Below are positions 9,848 through 18,044 of a stretch of 64,000 nucleotides of DNA, piece by piece. The notes under the pieces are model-generated. The model did no database searches. It was given only the letters and a program-made list of their open reading frames with translations, and was not told the DNA's origin. The stretch is from the IMG/VR virus record IMGVR_UViG_3300017992_000015, positions 21,367 through 85,366 of that record; one strand, written 5' to 3'. Made by a program: the position numbers and the translations under genes. Every line of letters begins with the position of its first letter. Position 1 is the first letter of the stretch. Origin of the DNA: a virus. Lineage: Duplodnaviria; Heunggongvirae; Uroviricota; Caudoviricetes.

Positions 9848-10888
9848 TCAGCAGTAACTGTCTCCTTCGGTCGCTTCCACGTGCTGTTGGTAAGCGATGA
9901 TCTCCTTGTGTTGCTTGAAGAAATCGCCGGGTCGGAACAGTTCGGTATTGACGCCTGGCAAGGCACTCGAATCGCGATAAAGCGCATCCAGCCACGTATG
10001 CCTCAGGAAGGCCACGAAGCGTTGTGACGCACGCAGATCCGCCTTGACAGGATTGGGTTCGATGTCGGTGTCCATGCCGATACCCATGTGCAATCCCCAC
10101 TGACGCCACGAGAAGTCATACGGTGCGAGCCCGAGTTCGGAGCTGCCTGTCACGGCGACAGGCGCGGTGACTTCGAACTTGCTGCGCACCTCGCCCTCAC
10201 GTGTTCTGTCTTTCCAGCAACGCAGTACCAGCGCACAGCGTTTGTGGTTACGGTGCTGCGCACCGCCCAACGTCACCCCAGCCTGCGTCTTTGGATGCAG
10301 CCCGAGACTCATGTACAGCTTACTCAAACGGTCCGGGTAGCACGGGTCAACGAACCACCGCGGATCGAGCATGTAGCTGAGCAGGCCAGCGACAGCCATG
10401 GGGTTGACGCTGTGGATGAACGACACTGCGCGCCACGCTGGATGGGCACGCAGAAGTCGTAACGCCTGCTGGGTTGTTGGCATGTTGTTAAAGACGCTCT
10501 GCATGGTTTCGACCGCGAGGGCATATGCACGGTAGTCGTTCTCAGTGACGGTATGAAAGCCGCCGACACTCGGAGCGCGTTCGAAGAGGCGCATGCGATA
10601 CAGCACAGCCTCTGGGTTATGACGCTCCGCAACAGACGCGCACGCCAACGGCGATGCGACTTCAATCTCCAAGGGCTGACCTTTGAGCTTGCGGTCGTAC
10701 AACGCCGTAATGAGCCTCGCATTGGCATGGAGACCGAGCAGGCGGACCCGCTCGGCGCACTGTAGCCGGCTTGTATCGAGGAAGTCCTCGATCGCGTGGC
10801 CATCGGTCCGTGCTATATCCATGCCATCCAAATACCACACTTGCTTGTGAGCAACATGCAGCTTAAGGATCTGCGAATCAGTTTTCAT
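9848..10888 (-). CDS. Hypothetical protein (start re-assigned to Met60 MKTDSQ to limit overlap with sbcC-like gene)
   Basis: Track ORF 9848..11065 overlaps upstream gene by 188 nt; Met at 10888 leaves an 11-nt overlap. Confidence 0.45.
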   Translation of the reverse strand: MKTDSQILKLHVAHKQVWYLDGMDIARTDGHAIEDFLDTSRLQCAERVRLLGLHANARLITALYDRKLKGQPLEIEVASPLACASVAERHNPEAVLYRMRLFERAPSVGGFHTVTENDYRAYALAVETMQSVFNNMPTTQQALRLLRAHPAWRAVSFIHSVNPMAVAGLLSYMLDPRWFVDPCYPDRLSKLYMSLGLHPKTQAGVTLGGAQHRNHKRCALVLRCWKDRTREGEVRSKFEVTAPVAVTGSSELGLAPYDFSWRQWGLHMGIGMDTDIEPNPVKADLRASQRFVAFLRHTWLDALYRDSSALPGVNTELFRPGDFFKQHKEIIAYQQHVEATEGDSYC

Positions 10889-13022
10889 GGGCTCGTAACG
10901 TAATGACGTTGTCAAACAGGTGCTGAATCCGCGGTTCGTGCGTGACGAACAAAACCTGGAGTCCACGCTCTGCAGATAGTACCTGCAGACGTTCCAGGGC
11001 GTGCGGTAGACAGCCGAGGTTGTGTTCGTCAAGGCCGGCAGTGGGCTCGTCCAGAATGAGGACACCCACCTGACCTGCGAACGTAGAGTTTACTGTAATG
11101 CGGAACGCCATAGCAAGAACGATCCGCTCGCCGACCGAGAGCCGACTGTCGGGCTGCACCCGAATACCATCGGTAAACCGGCAGATGAAGCCCAGATCCT
11201 CGTCCATCTCCACCCGGAAAGGCGCCTCGAATAGCTCCAGTGTTCGGTTCACCTCGTCGAGCATGTTCTCGATATAGGTGTAGGACACCAAGCGCGGGGC
11301 CTCGTTGCGGTGGTACATGTCTCGGATACGCTGCAGGTGGTCGACAGCCTGCCGAGTGCGGATGCTCTTTTGCTCCACACGCCGCACGTCGTCGATCTTC
11401 GACTCCACGCCGTCGAGCGTGGCGCGCAGCACAGCGATCTGCTTGTCGAGCTCGGCGGCCTGCGCCAGCCGGCCTTTCAGCTGCTGCAACTCCTGGCGAG
11501 CAATGGTAGCGGCCTCCGCCGTGTACTTATGCAGCGAGTCGATCTCCGCGGTCTGCTCAAAGTGCGTCTGGTTTTGCTGGTCCAGCTTCGCGTCGAGGCT
11601 GGCCTCAGTAGCAAGCGCCACCTTAAGCTTCTCCTGGATCTCCTTATGCGCCGCACAGAACTCGGTGTGCTCGTCGATGACGGCCTGGAGAGCGTCACGC
11701 GCGCTGCGTGGTTGCTCAACCAGCTGCAGGGCCTCTTTGCGTTGCTCCAAGGCTTCCTGCTCTTTATCCATCTCCTCGCACTGCCGTTGCCAGTGTAACA
11801 GCTCGGCGCAGTACTGATCGTACGCACGTTGCTGTTCCTCGAGCGGCTGTCGTTCCATCTCGCACTCACGCAGCTGATCGTGCAGCTCCTGCAAGCGTGC
11901 CGTGGCCTGGTCGGCCTCGGGCAGTGGCTGGCCACACGTCGGACAGTTGTCGTCCTCATCCTCCAGGCCTTTGATGCTGTTGGTGAGACTGTTACGCACT
12001 GCACGATAGCCCTTCAACGCCTCGACAAGGTCCTCACCGAGCGGTGCGACCTCGCGCGGCTGCTTCGGATGACTCGGCCACTTGGTACGAAAAGCCAGCT
12101 CGTCGGCGACGAACTGCTCGCGCGCTGTCAGCGACTTATCGTACGCGTCCCAACGTGCCAGCTCGCCGTGCGCGTCATTGGCTTCGACGCTGACGGCGGC
12201 CATAGCGTTCTCCAGCAGCGTAGCCTCTGTCTGCAACTGTTGCCGGTACGACATCGCAGCCTTGGCAGAAGCGAGCGTCTCTTCACGCGTCTTCTCCAGG
12301 ACCGCCTGCTTGTTCATCAGCATCTCACGCTGCTTACAGCCGTCGATCACGGTTTGATGTTCCGCAAGCTTGGCGTCGCCGTCGAGTGGTAGATGGAGCG
12401 CCGCGAACTGGTTGTTGAGCTCGGTGATCTGCACCTGTATGTCAGCGTGCTGCGCGTTCAGCTCATCCAGACTCAACGTCGTGGTCGGCACCTCGATCGT
12501 TTTGAGGAAGTCGCCGGTCTGCTTCCAGATCTTCTCAGCCTTGTCGAGGCCGAAGAGGGATGCCAGCGATGCGGCCCGCTCGGCGGGCTTTTGGTCGAAC
12601 ATCTCGTCGATGCCGCGTTGGCGGACGAAGATGTAGTCGTGGATCTGCTTCTTCGTCGTGCCCAGCCGTCGGAACAGCTCGCTGTTAATGGCATTGACAG
12701 ACGTCCAGGTCTCGTCGCCGATCTCCATGAGATTGGCTGTCGCCGGCTGGAGCGCACGCTTGAGGGTAATGACTGTTCCCTCGTGCAACAGCTGGCCGCT
12801 CACAAAGGACTCCTCGTTTGAGCCGAACACGCCTTGGTAGACGTCGTCCGCCTTGGGGCGATTGCCGCCCGAGTCCCCCGTGACGAGAAACTGCGTAGCA
12901 CGCAGGAGGTTGGTCTTCCCGCTGCCGTTGGGCCCAACGATCATGTTGAGCCCAGGCGACAGCGTGAATTCTTCCTGGATGTGCTGGCAGAAATGTCGAA
13001 GGTTGACCTTCTGGATTATCAT
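10878..13022 (-). CDS. sbcC: SbcC/Rad50-like recombination ATPase
   Basis: N-terminal P-loop MIVGPNGSGKTNLLRA, long coiled-coil middle, C-terminal signature/D-loop LILDEPTAGLDEHN. Confidence 0.8.
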   Translation of the reverse strand: MIIQKVNLRHFCQHIQEEFTLSPGLNMIVGPNGSGKTNLLRATQFLVTGDSGGNRPKADDVYQGVFGSNEESFVSGQLLHEGTVITLKRALQPATANLMEIGDETWTSVNAINSELFRRLGTTKKQIHDYIFVRQRGIDEMFDQKPAERAASLASLFGLDKAEKIWKQTGDFLKTIEVPTTTLSLDELNAQHADIQVQITELNNQFAALHLPLDGDAKLAEHQTVIDGCKQREMLMNKQAVLEKTREETLASAKAAMSYRQQLQTEATLLENAMAAVSVEANDAHGELARWDAYDKSLTAREQFVADELAFRTKWPSHPKQPREVAPLGEDLVEALKGYRAVRNSLTNSIKGLEDEDDNCPTCGQPLPEADQATARLQELHDQLRECEMERQPLEEQQRAYDQYCAELLHWQRQCEEMDKEQEALEQRKEALQLVEQPRSARDALQAVIDEHTEFCAAHKEIQEKLKVALATEASLDAKLDQQNQTHFEQTAEIDSLHKYTAEAATIARQELQQLKGRLAQAAELDKQIAVLRATLDGVESKIDDVRRVEQKSIRTRQAVDHLQRIRDMYHRNEAPRLVSYTYIENMLDEVNRTLELFEAPFRVEMDEDLGFICRFTDGIRVQPDSRLSVGERIVLAMAFRITVNSTFAGQVGVLILDEPTAGLDEHNLGCLPHALERLQVLSAERGLQVLFVTHEPRIQHLFDNVITLRAHEN

Positions 13023-13357
13023 GGCCAGCTCTCACTTGTTAGGGGGTGCAGTAGTGATAGCGCTTCGGCGAGCGTCATGGCGTCAGGCGGCGCAGCCTTC
13101 ATACCTTTGATCTCTGGAAGCAACGAAAAGTCGACAAGGGCGAGCGCGAAGCTCTCCGGGATGCCAAAAGTCTCGGCGGCTTTCTTGGCGAGGAACTCGT
13201 CCTCGTCCTCCACACCTTCGAGGTCTTGGTCGTCCCACCAGTCGTTGAGATTATCGCTGGCATCCTTGAGGGCCAGCAGCGACGCCTTCACAAGTCGCAT
13301 AGCGTTAGCAAGACTCGTGAAAGTGGTTGCGTACTTCAACGTGAGGTCCGCACTCAT
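13019..13357 (-). CDS. Hypothetical acidic protein (112 aa)
   Basis: ATGA overlap with sbcC; ATGA overlap with next ORF. Confidence 0.5.
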   Translation of the reverse strand: MSADLTLKYATTFTSLANAMRLVKASLLALKDASDNLNDWWDDQDLEGVEDEDEFLAKKAAETFGIPESFALALVDFSLLPEIKGMKAAPPDAMTLAEALSLLHPLTSESWP

Positions 13358-13623
13358 TCTATGATCACCCTCCCTTCTTCGATCAGGTCCGGCGCATACA
13401 TCCGGAGCGCCTGCACACAGGTCATTCCGTACGACCGATCAGCGGATTCAGTCGCGGGCGGATGGCTTATGTGCACCGGGAGTGATTGTGCAGCCGACCG
13501 GATTCGGTCCAAGAAAATCGGCAACGCCGGGGTCAGATGGCTTGGGTAATGTTCCATGGGGGCTCCTATTGGGGCAATTTGGTGCGCGGTAATGGGTTTC
13601 ACCGATAACGCACGGACATTCAT
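13354..13623 (-). CDS. Small hypothetical protein (89 aa; start uncertain)
   Basis: Stop overlaps downstream start in ATGA arrangement; overlaps an alternative-frame ORF 13448..13747. Confidence 0.3.
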   Translation of the reverse strand: MNVRALSVKPITAHQIAPIGAPMEHYPSHLTPALPIFLDRIRSAAQSLPVHISHPPATESADRSYGMTCVQALRMYAPDLIEEGRVIIE

Positions 13624-13747
13624 GGCTACAGCGGGCTGCCACTGCTTCCGTAGAGAACTCGTCGACGGCTTTTATAGCCCCCGACTCGGTATCCACGGCA
13701 AGCAGTGTCGTCGGCATGTTCTTGATGCGTTCCATAGCTTCCCGCAT
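13448..13747 (-). CDS. Small hypothetical protein (C-terminal ~100 aa of track ORF 13448..14185; start at Met147)
   Basis: N-terminal 2/3 of the track ORF is a shadow frame of gene 13809..14423; GAGG SD 5 nt before ATG at 13747; overlaps 13354..13623 in another frame. Confidence 0.25.
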   Translation of the reverse strand: MREAMERIKNMPTTLLAVDTESGAIKAVDEFSTEAVAARCSHECPCVIGETHYRAPNCPNRSPHGTLPKPSDPGVADFLGPNPVGCTITPGAHKPSARD

Positions 13748-13808
13748 CGCAGCCTCGGTTTCCTTCACAGCCTGCTCGATAATGTTCGGAAGCACTATCG
13801 GCGGCAGC

Positions 13809-14423
13809 TCACTTCTTCTTATCGTGTGTGACACGGGCGGTCTCCACCTTTCTAGGAGTCCGGGCGTCGGGATCACTGGGCTCGAAGTTGCCCAGCTCTT
13901 CGACAACCTCCTCCCATAATGTCTCCATCTTTGCGTGCGATGCGCACGCAATGATGCGATCTCGGTAATGGTCAACGCGGTCCTTGAGTTCAGCAAGAGC
14001 GCGTCCAATGGGATGCTCTGCCCGGAGTTTTTCGAACTCGTATTGAAGCTGGCAGCGCATTGGCTGTCGGCAGTTCTCCGGGTAGCGTGCGAATTCCTGG
14101 CGTTCATGGCGGTTACGGCTGTAGTAACGCCTATCGTCCTCGACCCAGGGTGCGTCATCTGACAGCAGGCCGTGGATTTTCTCATAGATCTCGGTGTCGA
14201 GCTGCTCTAGTTGTCTGCCTAGCTCGCGCCGCTGACGCCGAATTTCCATTTGTTTATTCAGAAGTTCCGCGACGCCGAACTGCTGTTCGACGACCTTAGC
14301 TGCCTTGTTGCGGAGCCGTGGCTCCCACGCTGGCGCGTCGGCCGTCAGTTGTGCAGTCGCTCGATCGTGGATCTCCTGGAGTCTCGTCTTGAAATGTTCC
14401 TTCTCGGTGACCGTTAGGGACAC
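13809..14423 (-). CDS. Hypothetical protein (204 aa; GTG start with AAGGAG SD)
   Basis: Track ORF 13809..14570 trimmed: AAGGAG 7 nt upstream of in-frame GTG at 14423, placing the start about 125 nt downstream of the sbcD stop. Confidence 0.5.
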   Translation of the reverse strand: MSLTVTEKEHFKTRLQEIHDRATAQLTADAPAWEPRLRNKAAKVVEQQFGVAELLNKQMEIRRQRRELGRQLEQLDTEIYEKIHGLLSDDAPWVEDDRRYYSRNRHERQEFARYPENCRQPMRCQLQYEFEKLRAEHPIGRALAELKDRVDHYRDRIIACASHAKMETLWEEVVEELGNFEPSDPDARTPRKVETARVTHDKKK

Positions 14424-15513
14424 TAACTTGCTCCTTGAAGATTGAAAGTAGCTCGGTTTGGATGTCTTTGCTACGGTAGAGCCGCACGGCATCTGCGCAT
14501 GCGCGAGGGTCATCTCCGTAAAACTCGTTGATGCATCCGACCATGCCCGCACCAAGTACAGCCTGGACACGCCGCTCGGCGTCGACCGTCTGTGCCTGGT
14601 CTTCGACAGGGATCATCGTTGTAAATAGGTGGGCCGATGAGCCGATCCTACCTTCCAACCGCGGCTTGGCGTCGGGAATATCCGAACGGTACCAAACGCG
14701 GATGATGTTTGTTGCGACGGCGGGCGGCACGCCAACCTGCGGGATCTTCGCCGGGGAGGCGTCCCACTCGTCGAGGAATTGCTCGAGTTGCGCTTCCTCG
14801 TACAGGCGTGCCTCATAGTAGCCGCGCGATCGCAATTTGTATGGCGTGACGGTGAGATCAGAGTTCAGCATGAACACGAACTTCTCGTGATCCTCGCCGA
14901 TGTTCTGCATGCAGAGCGGTCCCGGTGACAGGATCTTCTGCGTCCCACGCGTCTCGAATTTCGCTTTGTGGAAATCTCCCGTGGCAATGAACTGCGTCGG
15001 CGCCCAGTGGAACCAGGCATCGCCGCGCTCCTCGCCAAGGTAATCCTTCCAAACCTGATGAGTCGCCAAAATGTCAGCGTTTGTAGGCACGGCACGCAGC
15101 GCCTCCTCAACCTCGACCGGATTGCGATAATCCAGGCCGTACATGAGCAGGTTGCCGTTGTCCAACTCCACCATCCGCTCGTCGATATGCTGTGACCAGC
15201 TGTGGATCGACTTCATCAGCGTCGGTGAAGACCGCTCGTGCTGTCCTTGAATGAACTGCACTTGGATATTGTTCTCCTGGAAATCAGCCATAGCTCGTCG
15301 CATGAGCATCAGAGAATCTGACTGCTGCAGCCGCTGGTCGAACAGGTCGCCCAGCAGGATCAGACAATCAGGCATTTGCTCGGCCGCAATGTCGCATACC
15401 TGTCGGACGCCCCACGCGGCGTCGCCGCGCAGCGTGTCACGTCGGTACCACACGCGGTCGTACTTACGAAGATGCCAGTCAGCCGATACCAGTGCTAGCG
15501 GTCTCGCTGCCAT
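14296..15513 (-). CDS. sbcD: SbcD/Mre11-like nuclease (calcineurin-like metallophosphoesterase)
   Basis: Motifs SADWHL (D-x-H), LLGDLFD (GD-x-D), ATGDFH (GNH[DE]-like); 405 aa. Confidence 0.8.
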   Translation of the reverse strand: MAARPLALVSADWHLRKYDRVWYRRDTLRGDAAWGVRQVCDIAAEQMPDCLILLGDLFDQRLQQSDSLMLMRRAMADFQENNIQVQFIQGQHERSSPTLMKSIHSWSQHIDERMVELDNGNLLMYGLDYRNPVEVEEALRAVPTNADILATHQVWKDYLGEERGDAWFHWAPTQFIATGDFHKAKFETRGTQKILSPGPLCMQNIGEDHEKFVFMLNSDLTVTPYKLRSRGYYEARLYEEAQLEQFLDEWDASPAKIPQVGVPPAVATNIIRVWYRSDIPDAKPRLEGRIGSSAHLFTTMIPVEDQAQTVDAERRVQAVLGAGMVGCINEFYGDDPRACADAVRLYRSKDIQTELLSIFKEQVSVPNGHREGTFQDETPGDPRSSDCTTDGRRASVGATAPQQGS

Positions 15514-15514
15514 T

Positions 15515-15530
15515 TTATTCTCCTGAATAA
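15515..15530. repeat. Conserved inverted-repeat element, copy 1 (TTATTCTCCTGAATAA + GATTCAG flank); lies in the 20-nt gap between stop of 15534..15908 and sbcD ATG; RNA form is a hairpin with AGGA loop containing the SD
   Basis: Minus-strand reading GAATCTTATTCAGGAGAATAAAATG; same element at 39438, 22845, 50423. Confidence 0.6.
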
Positions 15531-15533
15531 GAT

Positions 15534-15908
15534 TCAGGCCGAGTGCTCGATCAGCTTTTCAGCCAATGTAAAGAACTGCTCCGGGCCTACTATCGGGTCA
15601 TCGAAATCGATCACGTCGGTGTCTCGGAGCCGATGGACGCGTCCATCTACAGGGTCCCGGACTAAGACGAGGATTTCACCATCCAATAGCATAAGCTTTA
15701 GTCGTTCCGAAAAACAGTCCCTCAGGTCAACAAGCCTGCGAGCCTTCTCGAACAGCACGTCGATGGTCAGGTCATCCCAATATCCCATCCCGCGTGCGTC
15801 CTTTTCAGCCGCCGTAACGGCTCCGATCATCAGCAACGCCTGCGGCATGGCAGCGCAGTCGCGCGCCGCGGCGTCGTTGTACATCTGCATGAAGTGAAAT
15901 TGTCCCAT
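15534..15908 (-). CDS. Hypothetical protein (124 aa; start at Met65 of track ORF)
   Basis: GGAG SD 7 nt upstream of ATG at 15908; upstream part of track ORF is compositionally non-coding and would overlap csrA. Confidence 0.45.
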   Translation of the reverse strand: MGQFHFMQMYNDAAARDCAAMPQALLMIGAVTAAEKDARGMGYWDDLTIDVLFEKARRLVDLRDCFSERLKLMLLDGEILVLVRDPVDGRVHRLRDTDVIDFDDPIVGPEQFFTLAEKLIEHSA

Positions 15909-15977
15909 TTGGTTGCTCCGGGGGTCCGAAGGTGATAAACTGGGCGTATTGTTACTGCAAGCACAAGGAGGTCTACC

Positions 15978-16151
15978 ATGTTGGTCCTGTCCCGCAAAGA
16001 AGGTGAGCAGATCAAGATTGGCGACGACATCACCGTCACGGTCATCCGCACTGGTCGTGATCGGATCCGCCTCGGTGTCGACGCCCCGCCGGATGTACAA
16101 ATCCTGCGAGAGGAGCTCACCTCTGCTGAAGCGCCTGCCGAATCTCGGTAA
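15978..16151 (+). CDS. csrA: Carbon storage regulator CsrA/RsmA homologue (57 aa) - missed by ORF track (<60 aa)
   Basis: MLVLSRKEGEQIKIGDDITVTVIRTGRDRIRLGVDAPPDVQILREEL matches CsrA family (MLILTRKVGESI.IGDDI.ITVL....QVRIGI.AP.DV.V.REEI); AAGGAGG SD 6 nt upstream of ATG; lone plus-strand gene among minus genes. Confidence 0.8.
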   Translation: MLVLSRKEGEQIKIGDDITVTVIRTGRDRIRLGVDAPPDVQILREELTSAEAPAESR

Positions 16152-16422
16152 ACAGCTTCTTCTTAGCGGCGATGGCCAGCTTCTGCGCTTGAGACGTGCT
16201 CACACAGTCGACGGAGTCTTGTGACCCTGTGAGCTGTCCCTTCGCAGAAGCTGGCCACCAGTCCGCCAAATGCTTGTCGCCATATTTGAACTGCCAGTGT
16301 CGTTGGAAGTCGCTGAGCGTTACGGTGATCTCGTCGAAGGCGAGTTCAGTCCGCAGCGTCTCCAGCTCCTCCAGCGCTGTCTTCAGTCTCTCCTGGCGCA
16401 GTGCTCTCTTTGAGGGCCTCAT
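16117..16422 (-). CDS. Hypothetical protein (101 aa); 3' end overlaps csrA convergently by ~35 nt
   Basis: Protein-like ORF; convergent overlap unusual, stop may be read through or ORF marginal. Confidence 0.35.
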   Translation of the reverse strand: MRPSKRALRQERLKTALEELETLRTELAFDEITVTLSDFQRHWQFKYGDKHLADWWPASAKGQLTGSQDSVDCVSTSQAQKLAIAAKKKLFTEIRQALQQR

Positions 16423-17857
16423 CTTCTTCCCGCAGTTGGGTACTACTGACGTCGACCTCTAGCTCGGCCAACCGCAGCTCGCCGCCCCATTCAGGCAGCA
16501 CCGCAGCTTCCGGTAGCAGGTCTTCCCTATCCTTGTAGTCCGGCCCTTTTACCATGATATCGGGCTGCAACGCCTGATACTCTGGTACTGCGTTATCGCC
16601 GTCGAACAGCAGCACCGCATCCACCAACGGATGCGCCGCCAGGCTGAGCGAACGGGCTATCTGACTGTGTTGCGGTCGGCGCTTGATGCGCTCCGCCGAT
16701 TCGTCAGTGTTCACGAGCACCGCCAGGAAGTCACAATGCTCCCTGGCCTGCCGTAGCAGCGAGGTGTGCCCGTCGTGGACGCCGTCGAACACGCCGTTGG
16801 CAACCCCGAAGATTTCGCCGGCGACGGCGACGGATTGCCGCAGGAGACGCAGCTCGTCGAGGGTCACGACCTTTCGATCGAGCCCGAGCGACAGCGTCAC
16901 GCGTTGGTTGAGGCGGTGCAGCGGGATGGGCATAGCACCAATGATCTCGCAGCATAGCGAACCGGACACGTTTGCAAAGCGCGTAGCCGTGCGTGCGTTC
17001 ATTCCGGTGGCAATCCCGTAGGTCATCGCCGACGCCACAGCATCTCCGCAACCGCACGTATCGATCGCAGCGGCGGGCAGCGCTTGCAGCGGGAACCGTT
17101 CCTGCCCGTGGGGCGGAACCAGCACCATTCCGTGGCTGCCGAGCGTGACGAGGACGTCACAATCGAACTTGTTGGCCAGGAAGTCAGCTGCTTCGACCGG
17201 ATCGGTTGCGCGATCTGCATACCCGCAGGCCGCTGCCATCCGCATTGCCTCGTCGGCGTTCGGCGTGAGTAGCGTAGCGCCCTGATAGCTCTCTGTGTGC
17301 GCCGGATCAGGGTCCACGATCACGGGGACGTTGTGATCCTCGCCGTAGAGCAGCACGGACCCGATGATGTCGGGCGTGCACACCCCCTTGTTGTAGTCGC
17401 TGATAAGTATCGCCAAAGGCGGCTTCTCTGCCACAGCGCTAAAAAATAAGGACGCAGTCGTAGACTCGAACGACCCTGTGTAAGGATCGTCCGCGTCAAA
17501 CCGTGCTACAAGGCGATTGTTGGCATAGACGCGGGTTTTTACGGGGGTGCTGTAGTTAGCGTATTTGCCAACCTTCAGCTGCAGGTTGGGAGGCATCGGT
17601 GCCTTGAGATACTCTTCGCCGGCGTCGTCGTCTCCGACCATGCCGACGAACGTCGTTGGGAGGGCCAGATGGGCCAAGCAGTTTGCGGCATTGCCGCCGC
17701 CACCGGGCGCCCAGAACTGTCCCGTGACGCCGATTAGAGGCACCGGCGCCGTACGGTCAAGTCGTCTGGGTTTGCCCACGAAGTAGCGATCGACAATGAC
17801 GGGACCAATGACGACGACGTAATCGTCAGAGGCCAGCTCTTCCGTCGAATTTGTCAT
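16346..17857 (-). CDS. hldE: HldE/RfaE-like bifunctional D-glycero-beta-D-manno-heptose-7-phosphate kinase / heptose-1-phosphate adenylyltransferase
   Basis: N-terminal pfkB kinase domain (VVVIGPVIVDRYFVG..APVP...PGGGGNAANCLAHLA, GCGDAVASA) and C-terminal cytidylyltransferase-fold domain (NGVFDGVHDGHTSLL...LAVLVNTD) colinear with E. coli HldE. Confidence 0.75.
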   Translation of the reverse strand: MTNSTEELASDDYVVVIGPVIVDRYFVGKPRRLDRTAPVPLIGVTGQFWAPGGGGNAANCLAHLALPTTFVGMVGDDDAGEEYLKAPMPPNLQLKVGKYANYSTPVKTRVYANNRLVARFDADDPYTGSFESTTASLFFSAVAEKPPLAILISDYNKGVCTPDIIGSVLLYGEDHNVPVIVDPDPAHTESYQGATLLTPNADEAMRMAAACGYADRATDPVEAADFLANKFDCDVLVTLGSHGMVLVPPHGQERFPLQALPAAAIDTCGCGDAVASAMTYGIATGMNARTATRFANVSGSLCCEIIGAMPIPLHRLNQRVTLSLGLDRKVVTLDELRLLRQSVAVAGEIFGVANGVFDGVHDGHTSLLRQAREHCDFLAVLVNTDESAERIKRRPQHSQIARSLSLAAHPLVDAVLLFDGDNAVPEYQALQPDIMVKGPDYKDREDLLPEAAVLPEWGGELRLAELEVDVSSTQLREEDEALKESTAPGETEDSAGGAGDAAD

Positions 17858-18044
17858 CCTTCTCTTTCTGACTCATATAGGTGTCAAGGTCGAAGTGCAC
17901 CCGACGCAGTCCGCTCACATTCGGCGGATGCGCGGTGCAGTCCGGGCATATGCGGTTGCCCGCATGTTTGGAAAGGAACATGTTCATGCACCGGAGGCAC
18001 CTTCGTGGCTTCTCACAGTGTCTGTCGTCGTTGTACCTGGACAT
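17826..18044 (-). CDS. Small zinc-ribbon protein (72 aa)
   Basis: CLRCMNMF...CPDC Cys4 pattern; overlaps hldE start by ~30 nt. Confidence 0.4.
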   Translation of the reverse strand: MSRYNDDRHCEKPRRCLRCMNMFLSKHAGNRICPDCTAHPPNVSGLRRVHFDLDTYMSQKEKDDKFDGRAGL

